Source of the DNA: a virus
Lineage: Duplodnaviria > Caudoviricetes
Virus record (IMG/VR): IMGVR_UViG_3300032516_003835
Coordinates: 1-61,084 of that record
Strand: one strand, 5' to 3'
Length of the DNA: 61,084 nt
The position numbers and the translations under genes were made by a program. The notes under the pieces are model-generated. The model was not told the DNA's origin. It was given only the letters and a program-made list of their open reading frames with translations, and searched no databases. Positions within the stretch are counted from its first letter, which is position 1. Every line of letters begins with the position of its first letter. Shown here piece after piece: positions 36,513 through 45,876 of this stretch.

Positions 36513-37710
36513 CTCCGGCCACCCCTTCCTGGGTGCGGGCCCGGACGAGGAGGCCGTCTCGGTCTTGGGCCAGGGCTGGGGTGGCCTCGATATAGGCCCC
36601 CAGCGCTTGCAGGGGTCCCATGGCGGTCGAGATCCCGTCTCCTCGGGTCCGGGTGATCCGCTCGACCTCGACGATGGGCGGGCACCAGTGGAGGATGGCC
36701 CCGAGCTCGCGGGCGTGGTCCTCGATGAGGGGCCAGTCCATGAGCCTGGCCTGTTGCTCTGTCAGGCGGGCACGGACCCGGACAATGCCGCCGGCAGTGT
36801 GCCGGAAGGAGAGATCGACCGCGTCGCAGATGCTGACTGCGGGTGCCGCCTCGGCGCGGGCGTCAACCTCCACCGTGACCAGGTTCGTGGCCGGCAGGGT
36901 GTGAAACTCGGTCTCAGCCACCTGTCCGGCCTGGAGGTCCAGGACCCAGAACCCGCGGTCGTCCTTCTCCTCGCCCCAGTTGGCGCGGAGGAAACTTCCC
37001 GGGTAGCCGATCCAGGGGCCGCAAGGACCGTACTGGATGACCTGCGGCTTGTGAATGTGACCGAGGCAGACGGCCTGGAACACGTCCGGGAACGAATCCC
37101 GGGCCAGGACCGGCTCGGAGGTCATGCGGATCGACTCATCAGAGGAGGCGACACAGCCGTCTACGGACAGATGCCCGACTAGGATGGCCGGGAGGTTATG
37201 CTGGGCCGCCTCCGCCGCCAGGCCCCGGATGACGTCCGCGAGCCTCGCCGACATGGCCTGATGGAGGGCCACCGGACTCGCGCCCCGACCCTCCTCGGTG
37301 TTGGCGAGCCAGGATTTCGAGGCGCCGGGAATGCCGGCGATGGTGAGGCCGGGGAGAGTGACGACCAGGGGGCTGCAGATGACGCCGACCCTGGGGATGT
37401 CGATGGCGGAGAGGATCCCGGTAGGCCCCAGGCGGTCAGGTCCGTCGCCATCATGGCTCGGGGTGCCGGGGATACAGACGACCTGAGCCACGCAGCCCAG
37501 GAGCGTCAGTAGTTCGACAACGTCCTTGATCTCGGCCGGGCTGGGGCGACTGCGGTCCCAGAGGTCGCCGGCCACGACGATCACGTCGGGGTGGATCTCC
37601 CTGGCCCGCTCGGCGAGGGACTGGGCGACGTCGCGCCACTCCCTGGCCCGATCGAGGCCGGAGAGCGGCGGAGGGCAGCAGTGCCAATCCGCCGTCAGGA
37701 GAATCCGCAT
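36505..37710 (-). CDS. sbcD: SbcD/Mre11-like metallophosphoesterase nuclease
   Basis: ILLTADWH, VAGDLWD, G..SHD, LGHIHKPQ, YPGS. Confidence 0.9.
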   Translation of the reverse strand: MRILLTADWHCCPPPLSGLDRAREWRDVAQSLAERAREIHPDVIVVAGDLWDRSRPSPAEIKDVVELLTLLGCVAQVVCIPGTPSHDGDGPDRLGPTGILSAIDIPRVGVICSPLVVTLPGLTIAGIPGASKSWLANTEEGRGASPVALHQAMSARLADVIRGLAAEAAQHNLPAILVGHLSVDGCVASSDESIRMTSEPVLARDSFPDVFQAVCLGHIHKPQVIQYGPCGPWIGYPGSFLRANWGEEKDDRGFWVLDLQAGQVAETEFHTLPATNLVTVEVDARAEAAPAVSICDAVDLSFRHTAGGIVRVRARLTEQQARLMDWPLIEDHARELGAILHWCPPIVEVERITRTRGDGISTAMGPLQALGAYIEATPALAQDRDGLLVRARTQEGVAGDG

Positions 37711-38684
37711 TAGAGCATCCTCCCCTGCCCGGCGGACTGGCACTTGGCGCAGAGGACCTTGCCCCACTTACCGAGGCAGTAGGTCTCGACCTCGGTCACC
37801 GTGCGGCCCTTGCCGGGGCGGAGTTTGCCGGCGCAGCCAGGAGTCTGGCACTGGATCCACTCGCCCTGCCCGTCCGTCCCGCGAGTAGCGGGAAGAGGCA
37901 TCGCCGACTCGGCGGGAGACTCATCGTCAAAGGGAAGGTCGCTGCCAAACTCCTCCGGCAGACCGCTATCCGCCCCCGCCGCCACGTCGAGACTGATTGC
38001 CGCTCCTACCGTGCTCGGGACGGGTCCGGGCCCGATGGCCGGACGCAATGCGGTCGCCGGACCGAAGATGTTGGCCTGAGCCTCGAGCGCGCGGGCGGTA
38101 ACCATCCTGCGGACCTCGGGGTCGCTGAAGTCTAGGGCCAGGATCACTCGCGTCACGACGAACGGCTTCTTGAGTTCCTCGGCCGTGTAGGACGGCTTGA
38201 GGCCCAGGGCGGCCGTGGCCAAGCGCGACCAGGCGCCCGTCTCGGCGCGCTCATAGCGATATTGCCAAATGCTCTGAAGCCTTTCCGGGCTCATCTTGGG
38301 CTGCTTCTGGAGGTCCTCTAGGGCCAGGGTCTTTGTGGCCGTGACCGACCTCCATTGGCCCGCGGCGTCCTGTACGGCTCCGACGGCGAGGTATCTCACC
38401 TTCGCCGGAGTGTCCTCGATAATGCCGGACTCGCGCCAGTTCTCCGCGATGCCCGCGACGGCGGCCAGTTTGCGGCGGGACGAAGCGGCCAGGTAAAGTT
38501 TGCCGCCCTGCATCGGAAAGACTTCGCTGGCGCCGGGGTCGGGGTTGATCTTGACGACCTGCGCCCGCACCTGGTGGAGCGGCGAGGTCTCATCGACTAC
38601 CAGGACCGGCGTCAGAATGTTGTACTCGTTCGGGTTATAGGCATCCAGCGGATTCGCCACTCTCGTCGCTGGCAGAGACATCAT
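37710..38684 (-). CDS. Putative recombination (ssDNA-annealing-type) protein with C-terminal Zn finger
   Basis: Position upstream of sbcD; C-terminal C..C..LC.KCQ; family assignment uncertain. Confidence 0.5.
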   Translation of the reverse strand: MMSLPATRVANPLDAYNPNEYNILTPVLVVDETSPLHQVRAQVVKINPDPGASEVFPMQGGKLYLAASSRRKLAAVAGIAENWRESGIIEDTPAKVRYLAVGAVQDAAGQWRSVTATKTLALEDLQKQPKMSPERLQSIWQYRYERAETGAWSRLATAALGLKPSYTAEELKKPFVVTRVILALDFSDPEVRRMVTARALEAQANIFGPATALRPAIGPGPVPSTVGAAISLDVAAGADSGLPEEFGSDLPFDDESPAESAMPLPATRGTDGQGEWIQCQTPGCAGKLRPGKGRTVTEVETYCLGKWGKVLCAKCQSAGQGRML

Positions 38685-38760
38685 CGTTAGCCTCCTTGGC
38701 CTTCCTCATCTTCCAGGGGGCCCGGCTAGCCCGGGTGGACCGCCGAGCCCCCGTGTCTCA

Positions 38761-39234
38761 CTACCCGGCCCGGGCGAGATCCCGATCCACGAGCCACTCC
38801 GCGAGAGCCGTCCGGGTTTCGTCCGTCGCTTCGGAGAGGGCCCGGGAACCGTTCATCCGGAGCCAATCGACGACGATCTCAACCGGCAGGAGGAACCGCT
38901 CTCGGGGGAAGTGGGCGACAAACATCCGAGCAAAGGTCGAGAGTAATTCCCCTACGAGCACGGCCAACCGCCCGACGGGTATCCCCTGGAGCAGACCGCA
39001 GAGCAGCGCGCAGCCGGTGTCGTCAATGGCGTCCATTGGCGAGCCCCAGGGAGGGACGGTCGTATCCGCGTAGTCGGCCGGCGTCTCGCGCCGGACATGG
39101 CCGCTTCCGTCCACCGTGACGATCAGATAGCCCTCGGGCGCTCGCCAGCCCACCCAGGCCGGGCCGGTCTCCTCGATCTCGCCCTGAAGGACAGGCACGT
39201 CGATGGTCTTGCCGTTCTGGTCAATGAGGATCAC
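38761..39234 (-). CDS. Hypothetical protein
   Basis: GTGA overlap. Confidence 0.55.
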   Translation of the reverse strand: MILIDQNGKTIDVPVLQGEIEETGPAWVGWRAPEGYLIVTVDGSGHVRRETPADYADTTVPPWGSPMDAIDDTGCALLCGLLQGIPVGRLAVLVGELLSTFARMFVAHFPRERFLLPVEIVVDWLRMNGSRALSEATDETRTALAEWLVDRDLARAG

Positions 39235-39527
39235 GCCGCCTCGCCCGCTTCCCGAAGCATCACGGCATTCAGGCGCCTCTGAAGCTTGAAGGCCGCGCTG
39301 AGCACCAGGCCCTGCATGGCCGCCCGGCGGATCTCCGGTAGGGCATTGTCACGGAGACCCTTCACCGTGCCGTGGTAGCCGATTCTGACCGGGCCCCGCT
39401 TGAACAGCTCCCGGGCCCTGGCGAGATTCCTGGCGAGCCGGGCCTCGCAGCCCTTGCACAGCCTGCCGACGGTTATCGTCCGCCGACACACCTCACAGCG
39501 ACCGATCTTCTTACGCGCTTTTCGCAT
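39231..39527 (-). CDS. Zn-finger hypothetical protein
   Basis: CEVC..LCKGC. Confidence 0.55.
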   Translation of the reverse strand: MRKARKKIGRCEVCRRTITVGRLCKGCEARLARNLARARELFKRGPVRIGYHGTVKGLRDNALPEIRRAAMQGLVLSAAFKLQRRLNAVMLREAGEAA

Positions 39528-40065
39528 TCTCCCGACCCGCCTTCCCCACCAGATAACCGCCGGCGACGAGCTCCTCCCGGCGGTGGATCCACACGTCCGC
39601 GAGACTCCTGCCGCCCCAGAGACAGAGATCTCCGAGGGCGTTCCAGCCCTGGTCCACCACGTCGGCCAACTGGTCGAGGGCGACGTCGAACTGCCTGTCT
39701 CCCTCCGCGCCAAGCTGGTCCGGCTCCACGGACTCGATCAGGGCCCCGAACCGCTCTAGCGCGGCGCGGGCATGGCCGATCTCCCGGAGAGCCCGGTCTC
39801 GGGCCGTCAGGCGGTGGTGGTCGGCGCGGGGCCCGTCGTGCCACATGGGGCCGACCCCGCCGTTGGCGCATAGCGCGGCCGCCGCATACGTAGCCGGGTG
39901 ATCCAGCGCGAGACAGAGCGGGGCGAGTAGGGCTAGTGGGGGATTCGTGTCGCCCCGCTCCATGGCCGAGATCATGCCGTCAGTGACGAAGATTTTTCGA
40001 GCCAGGCGCTCCTGCGACAGCCCCCGATCGCGGCGGGCGGCCATGAGCGCTTGTGGAAAGTCCAT
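39511..40065 (-). CDS. XRE-family HTH regulator (cII position)
   Basis: ARRDRGLSQERLA..IS.MERG..NP. Confidence 0.8.
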   Translation of the reverse strand: MDFPQALMAARRDRGLSQERLARKIFVTDGMISAMERGDTNPPLALLAPLCLALDHPATYAAAALCANGGVGPMWHDGPRADHHRLTARDRALREIGHARAALERFGALIESVEPDQLGAEGDRQFDVALDQLADVVDQGWNALGDLCLWGGRSLADVWIHRREELVAGGYLVGKAGRENAKSA

Positions 40066-40107
40066 CCTTTTTCCCTCCCTTCCACTGGGCCGTGGGTGGC
40101 TGGCTAT

Positions 40108-40389
40108 CTACCGCCCGGCAGCCATAGACTGGGTACCTGATCGCCGGGGCGCGGCTGGAGGTAGGCGGCGATGGAGAGGGACGGAGAGAGGGTCGGTGGT
40201 GTGGGTATGCTGAGGTGGAGCGCCCCGGCGAAGCTCGTCGCGGTCGATGCGAATCGCTCGGCCGTAGTGATCGTGGGGGATCACGTGCTCCCGAACGAGG
40301 TCGTAAACCGTGTTCCGGGACAGTCGCCGGATCCGGCAGACGTCCTCGACAGTCAGGGTGAGGGGCTCGGCGTCCCAGTTGATGGTCAT
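40108..40389 (-). CDS. Excisionase-like HTH protein
   Basis: LTVEDVC..RLSRNTVYDLV...IPH..YGRAIRI. Confidence 0.8.
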   Translation of the reverse strand: MTINWDAEPLTLTVEDVCRIRRLSRNTVYDLVREHVIPHDHYGRAIRIDRDELRRGAPPQHTHTTDPLSVPLHRRLPPAAPRRSGTQSMAAGR

Positions 40390-40610
40390 GGGGCGGCCGT
40401 CTCAGAGGTAGACTGGTCGGGGAGGAAGATCGCGTCGGGCGTCGTGCCGAATTGCGAGGCGACGGCGACGGCCATCTCGTAGCTGAGCCTGACGTTTCCG
40501 CGCTCAAGTTCGGAGAGCCACTGTTTCGTCCGCCCGAGCCTCTGCGCGAGTTGAGTTTGAGTGAGGTCTTTCTGCTCCCTGATCTGGCGGATGCGCTGTC
40601 CGGGACTCAT
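40386..40610 (-). CDS. Cro-like XRE repressor
   Basis: IRQIREQKDLTQTQLA..LG...QWLSELERG; divergent from the CI-like gene. Confidence 0.85.
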   Translation of the reverse strand: MSPGQRIRQIREQKDLTQTQLAQRLGRTKQWLSELERGNVRLSYEMAVAVASQFGTTPDAIFLPDQSTSETAAP

Positions 40611-40619
40611 TGTCTCACC

Positions 40620-40727
40620 GTCCAGGTTTCTTTGACCCCAGTATAGTCAAAGGTTCCCGGACGTGTCAAGCGATGCGACGCGGATTCCTTGACAATCCTT
40701 TTGCGTCAAGGATTTCTGGACTAGAAT
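40620..40727. promoter_or_regulatory. Lysis/lysogeny switch: 17-bp operators and leftward SigA-type promoter
   Basis: GTC-N11-GAC sites at 40620-36, 40646-62 and 40705-21 (degenerate at 40677-93); minus strand TTGACA(40669-64)-N18-TATACT(40645-40). Confidence 0.75.
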
Positions 40728-40753
40728 TCAGGGGAGGACGGGAGTGGACTGCG

Positions 40754-41137
40754 ATATCGGACACACTCGGGGCACGCCTACGGGCGCTGAGGATTGAACG
40801 GGGACTGAGCCAACCGGATCTCGGCCGTCGCTTCAACGTCGCTAAGCAGACGATCTCCAACTACGAGACGGGCGCGACATCACCCACGCCTGACCAGGTC
40901 CGCGCCTTTGCTGACTTCTTCGGGGTGTCAACTGACTACCTCCTCGGCCGGGCAAGCGACCGGGGGCCCATCACCGATCCCCCGCCAGGCAGACTTGCCG
41001 AGGAGACGATCTTCTACCGTGCCACCCAGGACCTAACCCCCGTTCAACGAGAGAAACTCTTGGGCTTCATCGACGCCATGAAGGATGAGCACAAGCGGAA
41101 GGGCCTGCGGCCGGCAAGGAACAGAGGGGAGCAGTGA
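40754..41137 (+). CDS. CI/ImmR-like repressor (probable ATA start)
   Basis: LGARLRALRIERGLSQ.DL......KQTISNYE.G...P..FADFFGVSTDYLLGR. Confidence 0.85.
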   Translation: MSDTLGARLRALRIERGLSQPDLGRRFNVAKQTISNYETGATSPTPDQVRAFADFFGVSTDYLLGRASDRGPITDPPPGRLAEETIFYRATQDLTPVQREKLLGFIDAMKDEHKRKGLRPARNRGEQ

Positions 41138-41141
41138 GGAC

Positions 41142-41768
41142 ATGACCGGAAACCAGGGGTTTTTCGGCAGCGTCGCGGAGGCGGCCAAGCTGATGAAGGC
41201 CGGAGCCCTGCAACTCACTTACCTCGGTGGCCATCCCGATCTTGCCCACCAGTCTCAGGCACTAGTCTCTGCGGACGGGGACTGCCTGCGCGTTTTCTCG
41301 CTTGCTGGGGCCGGGCGCTCGATCTCGATCCGCCGGGAAGACATCCTCGGCCTTTCCCTCGTGCCAGCCTCAACCGCAACGCTCGGACGGACGGCCGCCG
41401 GGGCCTTGGCGGGAGCGGCGCTCGCTGGTGGGTTCGGCCTTCTGGCCGGAGCCGCTCTCGGAGGCCGGGCCCGGGATGCGAGCCTGATTCGCTTGATCCT
41501 CAAACGCGGGCCGCTGACAGTGGAGGTCTTCTTCGGCGGGAAGGACGCGGCAAAACAATATGCCGCATTCGCCGGTCTCCTGGCTACCCCATCGGCCGAA
41601 CCCGAAAGCCCGGCGGCAGCCATTCCGGAACGGAGCGCCTTCCTTGCGGAGATGGACCGCCTGGCCGAACGCAGGAGGGCGGGCGAGATTTCGGCCGACG
41701 AGTTCGCAGACGCGAAGAGGGCGCTCATTGAGTCGGCCAAGGCGGAGCAGGCGGGAGAGGGGAAGTGA
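41142..41768 (+). CDS. Membrane-associated lysogen accessory protein with C-terminal SHOCT-like motif
   Basis: Gly-zipper hydrophobic segment; L...RRAGEIS.DEF...KR.L. Confidence 0.65.
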   Translation: MTGNQGFFGSVAEAAKLMKAGALQLTYLGGHPDLAHQSQALVSADGDCLRVFSLAGAGRSISIRREDILGLSLVPASTATLGRTAAGALAGAALAGGFGLLAGAALGGRARDASLIRLILKRGPLTVEVFFGGKDAAKQYAAFAGLLATPSAEPESPAAAIPERSAFLAEMDRLAERRRAGEISADEFADAKRALIESAKAEQAGEGK

Positions 41769-41772
41769 GGTC

Positions 41773-42306
41773 GTGGGCGACCTCCCCTTCATCAAGCCCG
41801 ATGTTTCGCTGATTCCCGAAGCCATTCTCACCGACGAAATCCGCGGCCTACTCGCGGGTCCTCTCGCATCTCCCTACCAGCAGTTCGGCGGTGAGCGGTT
41901 CTACCTGACCGACGATTACTTGGTCCTGTGCCGGGCACACAAGAACTACTTCGCGCTCGACTATGCCCTCGCCAGGCTCGGGGCGGCACACTTTCGGGTC
42001 GGCGATCTCGACACGGCAGAACGCGTCCACAAGACAACCGTCATGATGGGTTCCTGGCACCCCCAGGTCTTCGATGAGTTGTTCAGCGTCTATGTCGAAC
42101 AGAACAACCTCAACGGCGCGTTCTGGCTTCTCAGCGTAGCCCAGGAGCGCATAAACTCCACCGGTCCCGATTACCACTATGCCAAAGCCAAGTTCTTCAA
42201 GCTTCTTGTGAGAGCCACGACTTACGAGTGGGACGCGAAGGGCGTGGCCCACAAGATAAGGCGGAAGCGGGCCAAGTCATCCGAAGTGGCGGCCGCCAAG
42301 GAGTAG
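41773..42306 (+). CDS. Helical hypothetical protein in the immunity operon
   Basis: GTG after SD-like GGGGAAGTGAGG; TPR-like helix pattern. Confidence 0.55.
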   Translation: MGDLPFIKPDVSLIPEAILTDEIRGLLAGPLASPYQQFGGERFYLTDDYLVLCRAHKNYFALDYALARLGAAHFRVGDLDTAERVHKTTVMMGSWHPQVFDELFSVYVEQNNLNGAFWLLSVAQERINSTGPDYHYAKAKFFKLLVRATTYEWDAKGVAHKIRRKRAKSSEVAAAKE

Positions 42307-42502
42307 GGCCGCCTTCAACCATCCCTGCCCACAACCGCCCACCGCATACCGGCCCGCCCCCCTCATCCCCGCTAACGCCCAGCATACCCACCAATTTCAC
42401 CCAGTGGCAGGAACTCCCGCCTGCTCGCCGAACGCTACCACTCCCCGGTATTCGTCGCCGAAAGTCTCTACCGCACCCCTGGGGGCAGGAGGGGTGATAT
42501 GG

Positions 42503-42997
42503 GTGAAGACGGATCCCGTTTCCCTGGCCCGGCGCATTCTCGCCGAGGCCGGCCATTTCGAGGTTTGCCGCCTGCGGCCCCAGGTCAATCTCGGCTGGCT
42601 CCTCCGCCACCTGGGTCTCGACTGGAGGCGCTGGAGCCTCGGCGGTCTCGCCGGGGCCCTGGTCCAGATCGAGGGCCGCTGGTACGTGGTCACCGACTCG
42701 CGGCAGGCGGCCGGCCGTCAGCGGTTCACTGCCGCGCACGAGCTCAAGCACTTCCTCGCCGACCGGCCGCAAATCCATGTCTTCCCCCCGCGGGCCAGTG
42801 CGGATACCCAGATCGAGCGGGAGGCCGACGTTTTCGCCCGCGAGCTCCTCATGCCCGATGAGTCGGTCTCCTGGCTCTGGCGGCAGGGGCTCCGCTCCCC
42901 GGTCGAGATCGCGCGGGCCTTGGGGGTGAGTTCGGAGGCGGCCGGGATCAGGTTGGCGGAACTGGGCCTAGGAGAACGGAGGCTTTGGTCGAACTAG
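42503..42997 (+). CDS. ImmA/IrrE-family metallopeptidase
   Basis: RQRFTAAHELKH, E.EAD.FA.ELLMP, IARALGVS. Confidence 0.88.
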   Translation: MKTDPVSLARRILAEAGHFEVCRLRPQVNLGWLLRHLGLDWRRWSLGGLAGALVQIEGRWYVVTDSRQAAGRQRFTAAHELKHFLADRPQIHVFPPRASADTQIEREADVFARELLMPDESVSWLWRQGLRSPVEIARALGVSSEAAGIRLAELGLGERRLWSN

Positions 42998-43039
42998 GGG
43001 CGACGCGCCCCTTGAGGGTGGAGGGCGGAGGTGGGGCCG

Positions 43040-44221
43040 ATGGTCACCGGGCACGTCGAGAAGCGCGGTAAGCGGGGCTGGTCGAGTTTGCTGATCGACT
43101 ACGGCTATGGGCCGGACGGCAAGCGCCGAAGGCGCAGGGTAGCGGTGAAGCGCCCGGACGGTAAGCCCGTGACCAAGGGCCAGGCCGAGACGGAACTCCG
43201 CAAGACCTTGGCCGAGATCGATGCAGGGACTTACGTCGAGCCGTCGGCCCTCCGCTATGGCCAGTGGCTCGAGGACTGGCTCACGCTGACCCGCCGTGAG
43301 CCGGGCACGCGCCGGGCCTACGGGAGTCTAATCCGGTGTCACGTCCTCCCGGCCCTCGGCGATATTGCCCTCCAGGAACTCAAACCCCTCGACATCCAGC
43401 GACTATCGGCGGCGCTGGAGGCCAAGGGCCTGGCGCCGGCGACACAGCACACAATCCGCGCTATCATCGTGGGCAGCCTGGGCCAGGCGGAGCGGCTGGA
43501 GATGATCTCTCGGAATCCCACTCGAAAGGTGACCTGGCCGTCGGCGCCACGCTTGGAGGTCGTGGCCCTCGACCGCGCGCAGACGCGGACCCTGCTCGAT
43601 CGCGCTCGGGCCTGGGAGCACTACTCGGCCTTGGCTTTGGCCCTGTGGTCGGGCCTCCGAATCGGAGAGCTCCTCGGACTGCGCTGGGCGGACGTCGATC
43701 TTGAGGGCCGCCTCCTCCACGTGCGCCACCAGCTCAAGAGGGCGCGGCCGGAGCCGGCATGGAAACCGCCCAAGACCGTGGCCGGCCTCCGCGACGTCCC
43801 GTTTGGCGCGACGGCTACCGCCCTCCTGCGCGGCCAGCGCAAGCGACAGGTCCAGAGTCGCCTGGCGCTCGGCCCCGCTTATCACCCCCACGATCTGGTG
43901 ATATCGTGCGCGGACGGGAGAGCTCTCCCGGATTACGCGCTCCGGGAGGCATTCGCCGGCCTGATGGCCACCGAGGGGCGGGCCGGCTTCCCGTGGCACG
44001 GCTTGCGCCATACCTACGCCACTTTGCTCCTGGCCGAAGGCGTCGAACTCCACGTCGTTTCCCGGCTCCTCGGCCACTCGAATCCGTCGATCACCCTCCG
44101 CTACTACGCGGCTTATCTGCCGTCGAGCCGGGCGGCCGCGGCCGAGAGGCTGGAGCGGGCCATCGGCGGGCACCAAGCGGGCACCGGCGGCGGCTCAGAC
44201 GGAGGCGGCTCCGACTCATAA
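43040..44221 (+). CDS. int: Tyrosine integrase
   Basis: SGLRIGELLGLRW.DVD, PKT, HGLRHTYATLL, VSRLLGHS..SIT..YY. Confidence 0.95.
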   Translation: MVTGHVEKRGKRGWSSLLIDYGYGPDGKRRRRRVAVKRPDGKPVTKGQAETELRKTLAEIDAGTYVEPSALRYGQWLEDWLTLTRREPGTRRAYGSLIRCHVLPALGDIALQELKPLDIQRLSAALEAKGLAPATQHTIRAIIVGSLGQAERLEMISRNPTRKVTWPSAPRLEVVALDRAQTRTLLDRARAWEHYSALALALWSGLRIGELLGLRWADVDLEGRLLHVRHQLKRARPEPAWKPPKTVAGLRDVPFGATATALLRGQRKRQVQSRLALGPAYHPHDLVISCADGRALPDYALREAFAGLMATEGRAGFPWHGLRHTYATLLLAEGVELHVVSRLLGHSNPSITLRYYAAYLPSSRAAAAERLERAIGGHQAGTGGGSDGGGSDS

Positions 44222-44395
44222 GGCCAGCTACAGGGCCATTAGCGACACCTGACGCCTCTTAACACTCTGTTAAACGCGCCCGCGTCACGGACCTGCGATG
44301 TTGCCTCCCGAGGCGCGGTCTACCTGCGGCTACGTGAGTCTTCGTCTCTTCTCGTCCTGCCCCGTCCTCCTGATTTGGGCACCGGTTCGGGCACC
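44167..44395. other. Putative attP
   Basis: Two pairs of GGGCACC direct repeats flank the palindromic TTAACACTCTGTTAA (44259-44273) right after int. Confidence 0.5.
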
Positions 44396-44562
44396 CCCTC
44401 CCGGCCTTCGCTTCGCCTCCCGAACCGATTTCGCGCTAGGAAGCCCCAGGACGAACTGAACTCCCCGAATCGGCCCATGGTCTGTCTGGGGGCCTGATCG
44501 CGCCAGGACGCCCCCGGTTAGGCGGCACGGCGGGGCGGTGTAGGGGTGGGGTCCGGGATACG

Positions 44563-44591
44563 AAGAAGGGCCGGCCCCGGAGGACCGGCCC
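44563..44591 (-). terminator. Probable terminator
   Basis: GGGCCGG..CCGGCCC hairpin plus TTCTT downstream of the stop at 44607. Confidence 0.45.
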
Positions 44592-44606
44592 GAGAGATTT
44601 GAACGC

Positions 44607-45797
44607 CTACTCGTGCATTCCCAGAACTGCCCGAACGCGCTGCTCAAGGTCAGCGTTGAGGTAGTCCCTGACGGCGGCTCGGGCGATGGTCCGCTGGGCA
44701 TCTCCTGACGTGCAGGCCCACTCGGCGGCACTCGCTGCGGAGCCGGCGGCGACTATGGCGCACCCCACAGGGCCACCAGACGCCGCTGCCGCTGCCGCAC
44801 ACATGGCCGCCGTTTCGGCGCTGCGCGAGAGGGGCAGGCAGGGGATGTCTCGGCTGATGGTCTGCTTGGCGATCTCGCACTCACTGTCCGTCGCTTCGCC
44901 GCGCAGCCATGCCCGCCTGATTCGCACAGCCTCCAAGCTCGCGGGATCGGGTTGTACCCGTATGGCCAGGGCGACTCCCCACAGGGCTAGTTCCGCCCAG
45001 TCGCAGGCGGCCTCATGGAGTGTGGTGGCAATGTCCTGTGGGTCACAGAGGGCGGTGATGTCTGTCTTGCAGAACCGGGCGTCCTGCGAGACATCCCTTC
45101 GGGTGAACTCTACCCAGACGACGACGGGACTAGGCGCGCCCTTGAGCGCGTCCAGAATGCGGGGCGCACCGCGAAAGCACTCGCCGTGCAGAGTCAGGGT
45201 TTCGCCCTGCCTGATCACATGGCTGTCGTGCTCCGTTAGGCATCCCTCGGCGGTCGCAAAGTGCCACGCCTCCATCCGTCCTCTCGCTTGGCGCGCCGCG
45301 GCCTCGCCGGCCAGCTTCTCCTTGAACGCCTGGACCTGGTCATGGGTCCAGACCGGCCCGCAGGCCAGTTCAAACTCCGGGGTCGGAACCTTGCCCCGGC
45401 CGCGTTCCACGGAGAGGCGGCGCGGGTCCATGCCGACGGCCTGCGCGAACTCCTGGAGGCCGTAGCGCTTCTCGACATACCAGTTGCCGTCCTCGAAAAC
45501 CCTGGACAGTATGGCGTCGAGGCCGTCTTTCTCGGCCTCGGCCTGCTGGAAGGACTCGGGGTCTTCGCCGGCGGGGACGACCTCGGTGCGCCCGCCGGAA
45601 CCCTGGACATTGGGGCTGTCGTAGGTCACCTGGATGTCGGCCCCGGGATAGTTCTCCACCAGGGCCTCCCGACAGAGTTCGGCATAGCGACGGACGCTAC
45701 CCTCGCGGTCGATGCCCTCCTCGCCCTCGCCGCCGAACAGGTTGCCGCCGAGGAAGTGATGCCGGATTACCCAACCCTCGTAAGCCCTCTCGGACAT
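44607..45797 (-). CDS. Multi-domain protein with central AlpA/MerR-like HTH
   Basis: GLQEFAQAVG....LS....RGK.P.P..ELACGPVW; Ala-rich C-terminal domain. Confidence 0.65.
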   Translation of the reverse strand: MSERAYEGWVIRHHFLGGNLFGGEGEEGIDREGSVRRYAELCREALVENYPGADIQVTYDSPNVQGSGGRTEVVPAGEDPESFQQAEAEKDGLDAILSRVFEDGNWYVEKRYGLQEFAQAVGMDPRRLSVERGRGKVPTPEFELACGPVWTHDQVQAFKEKLAGEAAARQARGRMEAWHFATAEGCLTEHDSHVIRQGETLTLHGECFRGAPRILDALKGAPSPVVVWVEFTRRDVSQDARFCKTDITALCDPQDIATTLHEAACDWAELALWGVALAIRVQPDPASLEAVRIRRAWLRGEATDSECEIAKQTISRDIPCLPLSRSAETAAMCAAAAAASGGPVGCAIVAAGSAASAAEWACTSGDAQRTIARAAVRDYLNADLEQRVRAVLGMHE

Positions 45798-45876
45798 TCT
45801 CAGCCTCTCCTCTCCTCCCCGGCCCTGTTTGGGTCGGGGCCTTGCCACCCCCACTCGCGTGGGGAGATGCGCCGGG

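Noticed and set aside
40610-40753. N-terminal extension of the repressor as given in the ORF track
   Set aside because: It runs through the operators and the divergent promoter; HTH similarity begins only at about 40754.
42307-42480. C-rich intergenic tract as a functional element
   Set aside because: No repeat unit, convincing ORF or stable structure that I could support.
44245-44275. tRNA-Lys fragment as att core (CTCTTAA)
   Set aside because: No flanking anticodon stem or T-arm; I recognised no tRNA gene anywhere in the window.
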